64,000 nucleotides of DNA from Candidatus Avedoeria danica (GCA_016703025.1 JADJCV010000004.1:299164-363163); one strand, 5' to 3'; counted from the first letter of the stretch, positions 19,864 through 29,858 are shown. Numbers and translations are program-made. Notes: generated by a model not told the origin, from the sequence alone.

Positions 19864-21186
19864 CTACGCCGGATTGACGACATGCGCTGGGTCGGTCTGC
19901 GCCCGGCGCATGTCCCCCGGCGCGGCCCCCACGGGCAGCCGCAACAGGAACAGCGACGGCCCGACCGCCATCAGCGAAAGCACCCCGCCGACGAAGTACG
20001 GCACCGGCGGCCCAACGCTGTAGAGCACGCCCGCCAGCGCCGTGCTGGCGATGACCGAGAGGTTGGCCGCGCTCTGGTACCAGCCCAGCACGGCACCGCG
20101 ATCCTCGTCGGCGACGGTGTGCGTGGCCAGCGTCTGCAGCGGGGGCATGGCAAGGCCCATCCCCATCGCAAAGAAGAGCGCGGCGAACGGCGTCAGCGCC
20201 GGGCCGCGCGCCGCCATGTAGAGGAACATGCCGATCGCCCTGAGCACGTTCGCGCCGATCACCAGGCGCGCCTCGCCCCACCGCCGGAGCGCGCGCCGAA
20301 GAACGACGAGCTGCGTGATGACCTGCGCCAGCCCGACGATGCCGAGCACGGCCCCGACGGCCAGCGCCACGTAGCGCTGCGGCAGCTTGGCGAACAACAC
20401 GTCGTCGCCGTAGAGCGCGAGCGTCGACTGGAGCAGGCCGAGGGCGAACTGGCCAAGGACGGCGATGCCGAGGACGAGCATGAGGTTGCGGTTGGCGAGC
20501 ACGGCCGCCACGTTCAGTTGACGGCCGCCGCGGGCGGAGCGCTCCGCGGCGAGCCGAGCGCGTACGTCGGGCGTCAGCGTCTCGCGCAGCGTCAGGCGGG
20601 TCAGCAGCGCCGTCCCGAGCGTCGCGACGGTGGCACAGGCGAACACGACCTCCGGCCGGAAGATCGAGCTGAGCGCACCGCCGAGCGCCGGACCGACGAT
20701 GAAGCCCATGCCGAACGCGGCGAAGATGAGACCGAGGGCCTGCGTCCGCCGTTCGCGGGGCGTGATGTCGGTGACGTACGCCTGGGCGACGGTGATGTTG
20801 CCGCCGGTCACGCCGTCCAGGATTCGGCTGACGAACAGCACCCACGGCGCGAACGCGAAGCCGAGCAGCACGAACGACAGCGCCGTCCCGATCTGGCTCA
20901 CGACGAGCACCGGCAGCCGCCCGATGCGGTCCGACCACCGGCCGAGGATCGGCGCCGCCACGAACTGGGCGGCGAAGAAGCTCGTCACGAGGAGCGTGTT
21001 CACGATCGGCGAGATCGCGAATCGCTCCTTGGCGAAGAGCGGCAGCGTCGGCAGCACCATGCCGGCGCCGACGATGTTCACGAAGACGATCGCCAGGATC
21101 GTGAGGAGGCGGCGATCGCGTATCGGTTGGGCTTCGGGCACCGGCGAGGGTCCTTCGGGCGATGGGCGGATGCAGGCAGTCAGCAC
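19864..21186 (-). CDS. MFS transporter (DHA/tetracycline-efflux-like)
   Basis: Multiple TM segments. GRWSDRIGRLPV is MFS motif A (GxxxDRxGRR-like). About 12 helices. Confidence 0.8.
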   Translation of the reverse strand: MLTACIRPSPEGPSPVPEAQPIRDRRLLTILAIVFVNIVGAGMVLPTLPLFAKERFAISPIVNTLLVTSFFAAQFVAAPILGRWSDRIGRLPVLVVSQIGTALSFVLLGFAFAPWVLFVSRILDGVTGGNITVAQAYVTDITPRERRTQALGLIFAAFGMGFIVGPALGGALSSIFRPEVVFACATVATLGTALLTRLTLRETLTPDVRARLAAERSARGGRQLNVAAVLANRNLMLVLGIAVLGQFALGLLQSTLALYGDDVLFAKLPQRYVALAVGAVLGIVGLAQVITQLVVLRRALRRWGEARLVIGANVLRAIGMFLYMAARGPALTPFAALFFAMGMGLAMPPLQTLATHTVADEDRGAVLGWYQSAANLSVIASTALAGVLYSVGPPVPYFVGGVLSLMAVGPSLFLLRLPVGAAPGDMRRAQTDPAHVVNPA

Positions 21187-21216
21187 GTCGACGACAGCCG
21201 GTGCCGCGTTACACGC

Positions 21217-22275
21217 TTACCCCTGCACCGCCGCCAGGCGGGCCGCCAGCGCCTCCCGGCCGATCTGATAGACCGACTCGCCGCGGTGTGCCTTGAAGCC
21301 GAGGCGATGGTTGATGGAGAGCATCGGGTCGTTCGAGTTCGCGTTGCCGGTGACGACGGTCTTCGCCGCGGGGTAGGTGTCGCGGATGTAGAGCAGCATG
21401 GCCGCCTTCAGCCACTTGCCCAGACCGCGGCCGCGGTGGTCCGCATCGACGCCCGTGAACTGCTGCATGACGCGGTCAGGGCGACCGGGTGAGTAGTTCA
21501 CGTCCGTGATTCCGGAGATCGTGCCGTCCGGCTCGCGTGTGATGAGCGTGTGCAGGCTGGCGTCGATCTTGTCGTACCGGGCGTGCATGTCATGGAGGTC
21601 CTCGGGCCGCATAACGATCTCGCCGTGGTCGAGGTCGTCGTGCGGCATCGTGTTCAGCTGTTTGGTCAGCGCGGCACAGTACGGCACGATCTCGGCCTCC
21701 GGCACCCGGTGTTCCCAGAAGACGAGCGATGTATCCGGCGAGCGGCGCCGGCCCTCGGCCGCCCAGCGCTCGACCATCGCCCAGTCGACGTCGGCCAGCG
21801 CGAGGCGGTTTTCGGCCGCCTCCAACTTCACCTCGGCGCCGAGCCACGCCAGGAAGGCCCGGCCGTCGTCCTCGTTCGTGCCGGCCGTGAGCACGGAGCG
21901 ATCCCGCGCGACCAACTCGTCCGCCACGAGCCGAACGATCGCGGTGCCGATGCCGCGGCGGCGGTGGGCACGGAGCACGCCGCCGCCGCCCCACATCAGA
22001 TGCCCGTTCGTCGGGAGCATCGGCCCGTCCACGACCCAGCTCGCGCTGGCAGCGCCGACGACATCGTCGCCGTGCGCGACGAGCCAGCGCCGGTCAGCGC
22101 CGCCGAGCTGCGGCGTTCGGATCCAGACCTCGACATCGGCGTCGGGTGTGACCGGGTCCTCCGGCTGCGACTCGGCGTGGCGCCGGCGCCGGTAGGCGTG
22201 GAAGCGCATCCAAAGGGCGGCATCGGCGGTGGGCGGATCGAAGTCGATGATCGCGTAACCTGCGGGCAGCGCCAC
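21217..22275 (-). CDS. GNAT family N-acetyltransferase with two tandem GNAT domains (Eis/MshD-like architecture)
   Basis: Two acetyl-CoA-binding motif-A copies: VLRAHRRRGIGTAIV and VDADHRGRGLGKWLKAAM. 352 aa. Confidence 0.75.
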   Translation of the reverse strand: MALPAGYAIIDFDPPTADAALWMRFHAYRRRRHAESQPEDPVTPDADVEVWIRTPQLGGADRRWLVAHGDDVVGAASASWVVDGPMLPTNGHLMWGGGGVLRAHRRRGIGTAIVRLVADELVARDRSVLTAGTNEDDGRAFLAWLGAEVKLEAAENRLALADVDWAMVERWAAEGRRRSPDTSLVFWEHRVPEAEIVPYCAALTKQLNTMPHDDLDHGEIVMRPEDLHDMHARYDKIDASLHTLITREPDGTISGITDVNYSPGRPDRVMQQFTGVDADHRGRGLGKWLKAAMLLYIRDTYPAAKTVVTGNANSNDPMLSINHRLGFKAHRGESVYQIGREALAARLAAVQG

Positions 22276-22423
22276 GGCGGTCCTCCGGGTCGGTACGGAC
22301 GGTTGCAGGTAGCATAGCGCACAATCCGGCCCAACCGTGACGCGTATGGGCCGAGTGGCGGATGCCCTGAAGCTGCGGGGATCCCCGCAGCTTCGGGCGT
22401 CTGAGAGGCTGCCTGAAAAGCCG

Positions 22424-24229
22424 CTACCCGGTCGTCGTCTCCTCGTCCTCGGGCACGAGGAACTGTTGGCAACGGCTCTGCTGGGAGTCCTCGCCCGTCG
22501 CGTCGAGGGCGGCGCAGCCGGCGGCGACGAGGTCGCGCAGCCTGGTCACGACGGCATCGTGCTCGCCGTCTGCGTTCCACTTGAGAATCGCGGCCGAGAG
22601 CGTGCCCATCCGGTCGCCATTGCCCAGCGCGAGCGCGTCCTGGTTGGCCATCAACTCGGTGAGGATCTTCGTGGCCTCGGTCTCGAACGTCGCCTCGTCC
22701 TCCGGGGCGAGCCGGAGGAGGGCGCGCAGGTAGCTGTGGCCCCAGCGGAAACGCGTCATCGACCCCTGGGACGTCTCCCATGCCTTGCGGTACCAGCCGA
22801 TCGCGCCGGCCGTGTCGTCCTTCTCCTCGGCGATGCTCGCGAGCTCGAGCATGTAGTAGTAGGGCTGGAGCGTCGAATCGAGCTTGGTGTTCAAGAGCTC
22901 CTCGGCGGCGGCGTCTTGGCCTGTCTCCTGGAGCATCCAGACCATCGTTCCCATGACGGTCTGCATCTCGCCTGCGTCGGTCACGGTCTCGCTGGACCAC
23001 TTCACGCGCTCGGCCACGCGCTGCACGAGGTCCGCCGGCAGCGGGATGGGCGTGGGCTCGGCGTCGGCGGCGTCGGCGGCGTCCGCGGCGGCCCCGTCGA
23101 CGGCCGCGGCCGTCGGGGTGAGCTCGCCGGTCGCAGTCACGACGTCGCTGGCGGCGGGCGCCGCGGACGCCTGCAGCCGAGCAAGAATGATCTGTGGGTA
23201 GAAGGCGGTCAGCCGGTCGTCGACCGTCATCGCCTCGTCGTCTTCGATCGCCCGGGCCGCGGCCGCCCAGGCGGCACCGAAGGCGTCGCGGTCGGGGCCG
23301 GGTTCGGGGAAGAGCATCGTGGCGGTTTCCTCGGACCAGTAATAGATCGTGTTCGTGTTCGCCGAGCGCTGCGCCGGGTCGGTGAAGACCTCGGCCAGCC
23401 CGGCCAGGAGGGCGGTCGCCTCGTCGGCGGTCGGTGCCGGGAGTTCGGGCGTTTCGCCTTCCTCGGCGGCGCCCTCGGCGTCCGACCGGGCGGCATGCAG
23501 TGCCTCGATCCAGAGGCACAGGAAGCGGTTCTTGGCGACGTTCAAGGTCGCCGGCGTTTCCTGCCACAGGCGCTTGAACAGCGCGAGCTTGCGGTCCGTG
23601 TCGAGTTCGAGGACGCTGTCCTGGTCCCAGGCGTAGAACGCCAGCAGGTCGAGGTCCTCCCCGGCGGCCGTCGCCGGGCCACCGGCCTCGACGGCGGCGA
23701 GGACGTCCGCGATCGGCATCATCTTCGCCTTGGCCGAGGTGAGGACGGAGGCGTACTTCTCGGCGTCGATGCCGCTGGTCAGGCGCATGATCTCATCGCC
23801 GTCCGGGTTGAAGACGATGACCGTCGGGTAGCCCTTGACGTCGAACTTCTCCCCCCAGATCTGGGCGCGCTCGGTGTCCCCGTCCAACTCGAGCGCCAGG
23901 AACTCTTTGCTGGCGGCGACGAACTCGGGCCGGTGGAAGACGCGCGTCTTCAGGTAGTAGCACGGCGGGCACCACACGGCGCCCCAGTAGAGGAAGACGG
24001 GCTTGTTCTCGGTCTTGGCCGTGTCGAACGCCGTCTGGACGTCGCCCTTGAACCAGGCCACCTCCTCGTGCGGCGTCTCGACCACCGGCTCCGTGGCCAC
24101 CACCGGCGGTGCCGAGGCTTCCTCGGCCGGCATGTCGGTTTTCGTCTGGCATGCGCCGAGCGCAAGCGCAATGGTGAGCGCAAGCAAGCCCTGCGCGCTG
24201 CGGGCAGCCGCCCGCCGGTGGGTCTTCAT
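22424..24229 (-). CDS. Thioredoxin-domain lipoprotein (WCPPC active site) with long alpha-helical C-terminal domain
   Basis: GAGGAG RBS. MKTHRRAAARSAQGLLALTIALALGAC (lipobox-like LGAC). FLYWGAVWCPPCYYL thioredoxin CxxC. The track ORF start at 24433 is a read-through extension. Confidence 0.65.
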   Translation of the reverse strand: MKTHRRAAARSAQGLLALTIALALGACQTKTDMPAEEASAPPVVATEPVVETPHEEVAWFKGDVQTAFDTAKTENKPVFLYWGAVWCPPCYYLKTRVFHRPEFVAASKEFLALELDGDTERAQIWGEKFDVKGYPTVIVFNPDGDEIMRLTSGIDAEKYASVLTSAKAKMMPIADVLAAVEAGGPATAAGEDLDLLAFYAWDQDSVLELDTDRKLALFKRLWQETPATLNVAKNRFLCLWIEALHAARSDAEGAAEEGETPELPAPTADEATALLAGLAEVFTDPAQRSANTNTIYYWSEETATMLFPEPGPDRDAFGAAWAAAARAIEDDEAMTVDDRLTAFYPQIILARLQASAAPAASDVVTATGELTPTAAAVDGAAADAADAADAEPTPIPLPADLVQRVAERVKWSSETVTDAGEMQTVMGTMVWMLQETGQDAAAEELLNTKLDSTLQPYYYMLELASIAEEKDDTAGAIGWYRKAWETSQGSMTRFRWGHSYLRALLRLAPEDEATFETEATKILTELMANQDALALGNGDRMGTLSAAILKWNADGEHDAVVTRLRDLVAAGCAALDATGEDSQQSRCQQFLVPEDEETTTG

Positions 24230-24470
24230 CGTCGTGATCTCCTCTTCGCCGCATGCGTCCATCCGACGGACGGCTCCGCTGGGCGCTTCGGCCGTCTGAG
24301 TGTAAAGAACGCGGGTGCGGACGTCAACGGGGTTGCCGGGCAGCAGAAGACGCGCGGCGGGCTCGGTGACGTCCGGTCCGGCCCTACAATGGGCGCCGTG
24401 CGCCGGCATCGCCACCGACGCCCACCGATCCACCCACGGCGCCTGCCGCTCCGTTCACACGAGGTTTCCC

Positions 24471-26273
24471 ATGGCCATGCGAGCGACCCGACCGACCGCG
24501 CCGACCGTCCGTATCCGGCGCGCGCTTGCCGCGGCGGCCGCCATCGTCGTTGCGACGGCCGGCGCCGCGGCCGGGCACGCGCATCGTGCGCCCGCGCCGC
24601 GCTCGGTCGCGGCAACGCACCGCGCCGTCGTCGATGGGCGGCTGACGGCGGCGCTGGCCGCGGGGCGGCCGGTCGCGGCGCTGGCGATCCTGGAAGCGCA
24701 GGCCGACGTGCAGGCGGCGGGCGCCCTCGCCGACAAGGCGGCCAAGGGCCGCTACGTGTTCGATCGGCTCGTCGAAGTGGCCGAGGTCACGCAGCGGCCG
24801 CTGCGTTCGTTGCTCGCGCAGCGCGGCGTGCCCTATCGTCCGTACTACATCGTCAACGCCGTCGCGTTCGAGGCGGACGCAGCGACCGTGGCGGTCGTCG
24901 CGGGGCAGGCAGGCGTGACCGGCATCGTGATGATGCCGACGTTCCGCATCGATCCGTCATGGACGGTCGACGCGGCGGGCGACATGGCAGTCGACGCGCG
25001 CGATCCGGCGGCGCCCGACGGCACCCTCGAGGTGGCCGTCGCGGAGCGCAACATCAAGGCGATCGGCGCCGACAAGGTCTGGCGCCAGGGCTATCTCGGT
25101 GCCGGCGCGACGGTCGCCATCATCGACACCGGCGTGAACGCTCGGCACCCGGCGCTCGCGCAACGGTATCGGGGGCGGGCGGAGGGGGACGACTACAACT
25201 GGCTCGATGCCGTCGCCGGCCAGAACGCGCCCGTGGACGTGAACGACCATGGGACGCATGTGGCGGGCATCGTGCTCGGCAAGCAGGGCAGCCGCGAGGT
25301 CGGGGTGGCGCCCGAGGCCGAGTGGATCGCGTGCCGGATCTTCGCCCAGGACCGCGGGACGACACAGGCCATTCTGGAATGCCTGCAATGGGCCCTCGCC
25401 CCGACGAAGCGCGACGGCTCCGCGCCGCAGCCGGACCGCGCGCCGGACATCGTCAACGCGTCCTGGGGCATCTTCGGGCGGCTGTTCTGCGACAACCCGT
25501 TCCCCGGCGAGGTCGCGATCCGCAACCTCGTCGCCGCCGGCATCCTGTTCGTCGCCGCCAGCGGCAACGACGGCCCGCGCTGTGGCAGCGTCTGTCCGCC
25601 GGCCTCGCTCATCGATGCCTTCGCCGTCGGCAACTACGACGACGAGCGGCGGAGCATCGCCGACACATCGAGCCGCGGCCCGTTCGTCCAAGGGGCCGTC
25701 GAGCGGATCAAGCCCGACGTGGCCGCACCGGGCGAGAACATCACCTCGACGGTCGGCACGAGCGGCTTCGGGATCAAGCAGGGCACGTCGATGGCCGCGC
25801 CGCACGTCTCCGGTGCGGCCGCGCTCCTGATCAGCGCCCGGCCGGCCCTCAGCGGTCGGCCGGGCGAACTCCGGGCGATCCTCGAAGAGACGGCGGACCC
25901 GGTGAACGCCGACCAGTGCGGCCCGTCCGGCGCGCGCGCGTTCAACAACGCCGCCGGCCACGGCGTGATCGACGTCGAAGCCGCCGTCGCCGCCGCCCTT
26001 TCCCTGCCGACCGCCACCCCGACGGCCACCGACGCGCCGCGCCCGACGGCCACCGCCACGGCAGCGGCCACCGCCACCGGTGTGCCCTCGGCGACGGCGC
26101 GCGCCACCACGACGCCCGCGCCAACGACGCCGGGAGCGACGACCTCCGCTGTGGCCACGGCCACCACGGAATGGACGCCAACGCCGCGCCCCTCCGTGCC
26201 GCCACCCACCGCCACGCGGTCGACCCCCGGGATCCCGGTTGGGCGCCTGTGGCTGCCGCTCCTGTCCCGCTGA
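24471..26273 (+). CDS. Secreted subtilisin-like serine peptidase (S8) with C-terminal PT-rich region ending …GRLWLPLLSR
   Basis: VAIIDTGV (Asp), DHGTHVAGIV (His), GTSMAAPHVSGAAALL (Ser). Signal-like MAMRATRPTAPTVRIRRALAAAAAIVVATAGAAAG. Confidence 0.8.
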   Translation: MAMRATRPTAPTVRIRRALAAAAAIVVATAGAAAGHAHRAPAPRSVAATHRAVVDGRLTAALAAGRPVAALAILEAQADVQAAGALADKAAKGRYVFDRLVEVAEVTQRPLRSLLAQRGVPYRPYYIVNAVAFEADAATVAVVAGQAGVTGIVMMPTFRIDPSWTVDAAGDMAVDARDPAAPDGTLEVAVAERNIKAIGADKVWRQGYLGAGATVAIIDTGVNARHPALAQRYRGRAEGDDYNWLDAVAGQNAPVDVNDHGTHVAGIVLGKQGSREVGVAPEAEWIACRIFAQDRGTTQAILECLQWALAPTKRDGSAPQPDRAPDIVNASWGIFGRLFCDNPFPGEVAIRNLVAAGILFVAASGNDGPRCGSVCPPASLIDAFAVGNYDDERRSIADTSSRGPFVQGAVERIKPDVAAPGENITSTVGTSGFGIKQGTSMAAPHVSGAAALLISARPALSGRPGELRAILEETADPVNADQCGPSGARAFNNAAGHGVIDVEAAVAAALSLPTATPTATDAPRPTATATAAATATGVPSATARATTTPAPTTPGATTSAVATATTEWTPTPRPSVPPPTATRSTPGIPVGRLWLPLLSR

Positions 26274-26358
26274 AGAGCGGAAGAGCTGAGGACCTGCGAG
26301 GCGGCAGGCTGTGATTTGTGCCTGAGGAGGATTGGGTTACTATTTGATCGTATCGGCT

Positions 26359-26386
26359 TTGTCCGGTCGCCCGCCTGCCCTAGAAT
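26359..26386 (+). promoter_or_regulatory. Sigma70-like promoter candidate TTGTCC-N16-TAGAAT upstream of pepF
   Basis: Read in a lower-GC intergenic stretch ~145 nt upstream of the pepF start. Confidence 0.3.
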
Positions 26387-26531
26387 ACTCCATCAGGTTG
26401 TGCACGGCCCCGGATCGTGTACGGCAGGGGCGGTCGACGGCAGCGTCGGCACCTCGCCAGCAGTTGGCGGACCCTACATGGCCCGCTCATGGCCCGCTTG
26501 CCAAGACATGCCGTGAGAGACGCTCGAGGGG

Positions 26532-28262
26532 GTGTGTGTGTTCAGGCAATTGCCCAACGATGTGCGTGCGTTTCAGGACTGGTCTTGGGTGCAGATCGCG
26601 CCGTACTACGCCGATCTGGCGGCGCGTCCGCTCACGGCCGGCAGCCTTGAGTCCTGGCTGGCGGACTGGACACGGCTGAGCTTTCTCATCTACGAAACGG
26701 GTGCGCGGCGCCACTTGGCGCACACCCAGGACACGACGGACGCGGTCGCCGAGGCGGCGTTCTTCCGCTATCTGGACGAGATCCGCCCGCCCGCGGCCAC
26801 GGCCGAGCAGGAACTCAAGCTCAAGCTCCTCGCGTCGGGCCTTTCCTTGGAGGGATTGGCCGTTCCGCTGCGCAACCTCAAGGCGGAGGCCGACCTCTTC
26901 CGCGAAGTGAACCTGCCGCTGCTCGTCGAGGAGTCCAAGCTCGGCAGCCGGTACGACAAGATCATCGGCGCGCAGACCGTCGAGTGGGAAGGCAAGGAGA
27001 TCCCGCTGCCGCAGCTCCGACCGGTGCTGGCCGGCACGGACCGCGCCCAGCGCCACGCCGCGTGGCAGCTGATGAGCCAGCGGCGGTTGGCCGATCGGTC
27101 AGCGCTCAACGACCTCTGGCGCGAACTGCACGCGCTGCGCCAGCGGATCGCCGCCAACGCGGGCCACCCGGACTACCGCAGCTACATCTGGCAGGCCAAG
27201 CAGCGGTTCGATTACACCCCGGCCGACTGCGCGACCTTTCACGACGCGATCGAGGCGGTCTGCGTCCCGGCCGCGACGCGGATCTACGATCGCCGTTCCC
27301 GACTGCTCGGGCTCCCGGCGCTCCGTCCGTGGGACCTGACGAATGGCGAGTTCAGCCGACCGGCCGACATGCCGGGGACACAGCCCCTCAAGCCTTATCG
27401 GGACGGCGGCGAGCTCCTGGACAAGAGCGCCGCGATCCTGGACAAGGTGGACCCGAGCCTCGGCGGTCAGTACCGGATGATGATTGCCGAGGGACTGTTG
27501 GACGCCGAGAACCGCAAGGGCAAGGCGCCCGGTGGCTATTGCACGTACTTCCCGGTGGCCAAGCGCCCGTTCATCTTCATGAACGCCGTCGGCCTGCACG
27601 ACGACGTCCAGACGATGCTCCATGAAGCGGGCCACGCCTTTCATGCCTTCGCCTCGAGCGATCTCCCGTTCGCGCCGCAACTCGAGTCGCCGATGGAGTT
27701 CAACGAGGTCGCCTCGATGGCGATGGAGTTGCTGGCGGCGCCGTACCTGACGGCCGACCATGGCGGGTTCTACGATGTCGGCGGCGCCGCGCGTGCCCGG
27801 ATCGAGCACCTCGAGAGCACGATTCTGTTCTGGCCGTACATGGCAGTCGTCGACGCGTTCCAGCAGTGGGCCTACACCCATCCCGAAGGTGCCGAGCCGG
27901 ACGCATGCGACGCGCAGTGGCGCGCCCTGGTGCAGCGCTTCATCCCGGCGATCGACTTCGACGGCCTGGACGACGTCATGGCCACCGGCTGGCACCGCAA
28001 GCTCCACATCTTCAACGTCCCGTTCTACTACGTGGAGTACGGCCTCGCCCAGCTCGGTGCGGCCCAGGTCTGGCGCAACAGCCTCACCGACCACCCGCGC
28101 GCCGTGGCCGACTATCGTTCAGCGCTTCGCCTTGGTGGAACGGCGACGCTCCCGCAGCTCTTCGCCACGGCCGGTGCGCGCTTCGCGTTCGATGCCGGGA
28201 CGCTCGGTGAGGCGGTGGGGCTGATCGAGCGGACGGTGACGGAGCTCGGGGCGGTGGCATAA
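26532..28262 (+). CDS. pepF: M3 family oligoendopeptidase F
   Basis: HEAGHAFH zinc motif (HExxH), typical M3B length (576 aa), GAGGGGG RBS then GTG. Confidence 0.85.
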   Translation: MCVFRQLPNDVRAFQDWSWVQIAPYYADLAARPLTAGSLESWLADWTRLSFLIYETGARRHLAHTQDTTDAVAEAAFFRYLDEIRPPAATAEQELKLKLLASGLSLEGLAVPLRNLKAEADLFREVNLPLLVEESKLGSRYDKIIGAQTVEWEGKEIPLPQLRPVLAGTDRAQRHAAWQLMSQRRLADRSALNDLWRELHALRQRIAANAGHPDYRSYIWQAKQRFDYTPADCATFHDAIEAVCVPAATRIYDRRSRLLGLPALRPWDLTNGEFSRPADMPGTQPLKPYRDGGELLDKSAAILDKVDPSLGGQYRMMIAEGLLDAENRKGKAPGGYCTYFPVAKRPFIFMNAVGLHDDVQTMLHEAGHAFHAFASSDLPFAPQLESPMEFNEVASMAMELLAAPYLTADHGGFYDVGGAARARIEHLESTILFWPYMAVVDAFQQWAYTHPEGAEPDACDAQWRALVQRFIPAIDFDGLDDVMATGWHRKLHIFNVPFYYVEYGLAQLGAAQVWRNSLTDHPRAVADYRSALRLGGTATLPQLFATAGARFAFDAGTLGEAVGLIERTVTELGAVA

Positions 28263-28362
28263 CGCTGCGGCGCCCCCGGCGACGGGACGACGGCGAGCCC
28301 GTCTGAGCCGCGGGCAACAACTGAGCCACGGACAACAACAACTGAACAACGCGAACAACAGC

Positions 28363-28391
28363 GCGCCCGGTCCGTGAAGCGGACCGGGCGC
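28363..28391. terminator. Perfect 12-bp GC hairpin (GCGCCCGGTCCG-tgaag-CGGACCGGGCGC) between pepF and tRNA; candidate bidirectional terminator
   Basis: On the minus strand it is followed by a TGTTGTT-rich (ACAACA on plus) low-complexity tract. Sits 8 nt from the tRNA 3' end. Confidence 0.45.
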
Positions 28392-28398
28392 TGCCGTG

Positions 28399-28471
28399 TA
28401 CCCCCGGCACGGCTCGAACGTGCGACCTACTGGTTCGAAGCCAGTTGCTCTGTCCACTGAGCTACGGGGGC
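28399..28471 (-). tRNA. tRNA-Arg (anticodon TCG by manual fold)
   Basis: Reverse complement GCCCCCG-TA-GCTC-AGTGGACA-GAGC-A-ACTGG-CTTCGAA-CCAGT-AGGTC-GCACG-TTCGAGC-CGTGC-CGGGGGT-A gives a 73-nt cloverleaf with a T-loop TTCGAGC and anticodon loop CTTCGAA. Confidence 0.8.
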
Positions 28472-29608
28472 GTGGTTCGGCGATGATAGCATACGGCCGG
28501 ACGGGGGATTCGGATCGACGTCCGGGGCCTTCGCCGAGGGTGGCCTGCTGGGCCGCCACGCGCCTGCCTTCGCAGGCGCCGGACCGTTGGCCGCGTCGAT
28601 CATTGTCGTCGGCTCCGTCGCCGTCGCCTCCGCAGGCGCCGTCGCGGTCATCGTCGCTGTGGCCGTCACCATTGCTGTGGCCGTCACCGTCACCGTCACC
28701 GTTGCCGTCGCCGTCGCCGTCGGCTGCGGATCGTGCCTGACCAGCGGCAAGTAGGCGCGCCCGGCGGGCGGTGTCGCCGTGTCCGTCGGCGGGATGTCCG
28801 TCGGCGTCGGCTCGTCGGTGGGCGTGGCGGTGCGGGCGGGTGTCGGCCGCGGGATCGTGGCGGTTGGGGGCAACGTCGGGCGCGCGGTGGGCGTCGGGTA
28901 GCTGAGGTCCGGCTCCCATGTCAGGGCGACGTTGTCGAGGAACACGCCGCCGCCCGGCGGTGCGCCCGCTGGTGCCGCGGCCGTCCACTCCAGCGTCCAG
29001 GCGGCGCCGCGCAGGTCGTACACCGCCGCCGGGTTGCGGACGTCGACGAGGTTCCGCAGGTCGAGGTAGCGCTGGGGGGACGCCCACGCGCCGGTGTCGC
29101 CCGTCGCGCCAAAGATCGGCACGCGGTCGACGGCGCCGCCGGGTCGGGGCACGTGGAGCCAGACGACGAGCCCGGCGTCCTCCGCCGCACCGAGACGAAA
29201 CCAGACGTCGAAGCCAAGCTCGAGGCGGTTGGCGGCGCCGGCGGCCCGGAGGTCGAGGTGCAGGAAGGCGGTGGACGAGGCGCCGGGCGGCACGGCGGCG
29301 TCGCACGGCGCGTCGGGTGACGTTCCGGGTGGGGCGAAGGCGCGCAGGCCGCGCCGACCGCCGAGCGCCTGGCAGCCGGAGGTGCGCCACGTCGTGGCGG
29401 CGGCGGGCACCGTCCAGACCGTGGGGTCCGGCCACGCGGCGGCTTCGAAGTCGTCGAGGACGAAGCGGACGTCGCCCAGGCGTGCCGCGGCGGCCGGCGT
29501 GAAGGCGAGGGCCGCCACGGCGGCAACGGCGGTCCAGCGTGCCGCCGAGCGCGGCCCGCGTGGGCGGGCACCGTAAGCTTGGGCGCGCGCCAGCAGCCGC
29601 TCGAGCAT
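28427..29608 (-). CDS. Secreted hypothetical protein with PT-rich and (T/A/V)-repeat low-complexity C-terminus; ORF runs 45 nt into the tRNA gene
   Basis: N-term MLERLLARAQAYGARPRGPRSAARWTAVAAVAALAFTPAAAA (alternative ATG at 29650). Motif GRAYLPLVRHDP is followed by a PTATATATVTVTVTATAMVTATATM tract encoded by GTCACC/GCCGTC repeats. The tRNA overlap makes the 3' end doubtful. Confidence 0.4.
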   Translation of the reverse strand: MLERLLARAQAYGARPRGPRSAARWTAVAAVAALAFTPAAAARLGDVRFVLDDFEAAAWPDPTVWTVPAAATTWRTSGCQALGGRRGLRAFAPPGTSPDAPCDAAVPPGASSTAFLHLDLRAAGAANRLELGFDVWFRLGAAEDAGLVVWLHVPRPGGAVDRVPIFGATGDTGAWASPQRYLDLRNLVDVRNPAAVYDLRGAAWTLEWTAAAPAGAPPGGGVFLDNVALTWEPDLSYPTPTARPTLPPTATIPRPTPARTATPTDEPTPTDIPPTDTATPPAGRAYLPLVRHDPQPTATATATVTVTVTATAMVTATATMTATAPAEATATEPTTMIDAANGPAPAKAGAWRPSRPPSAKAPDVDPNPPSGRMLSSPNHAPVAQWTEQLASNQ

Positions 29609-29758
29609 CGAGCGTTCCTCCGGCGCGCAGCGCTTCGACCGACCGTCCATCGCCCGCTATCCTAAGGGACGCGTCGGGGCCGAGGCAACCTTCACGCCTC
29701 GTGCGGCGTTATACCCGTCGTGCCGGTGGCGCCGGCACGGTCCGCTGGGCAACGTCTG

Positions 29759-29812
29759 TCCGATGGCCGATGTTCGTCCGATGGCCAGCGTTCGTCCGAT
29801 GGCCCGGGTCCG
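29759..29812. repeat. 3 x 18-bp direct repeats (GTCCGATGGCCnnnGTTC) upstream of VWA gene
   Basis: Read directly. Lies 47 nt upstream of the ATG at 29859. Confidence 0.4.
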
Positions 29813-29858
29813 ATCGACTCCTTCCGATCGCAACCTATCGCAACGTCAGGATGCCGCC

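Noticed and set aside
18968-21492. 656-aa (-) and 783-aa (+) ORFs overlapping the MFS and peroxiredoxin-like genes
   Set aside because: Arg/Pro-rich shadows. The real genes, with TM helices and a CPYC motif, are in another frame.
22337-26314. 1325-aa + strand ORF
   Set aside because: Antisense of the thioredoxin lipoprotein gene, then out-of-frame across the S8 peptidase. Composition-driven open frame.
28427-28471. Treating the ORF/tRNA overlap as evidence against the tRNA
   Set aside because: The tRNA folds into a canonical 73-nt cloverleaf with a T-loop TTCGAGC. The ORF's 3' end is the doubtful element.
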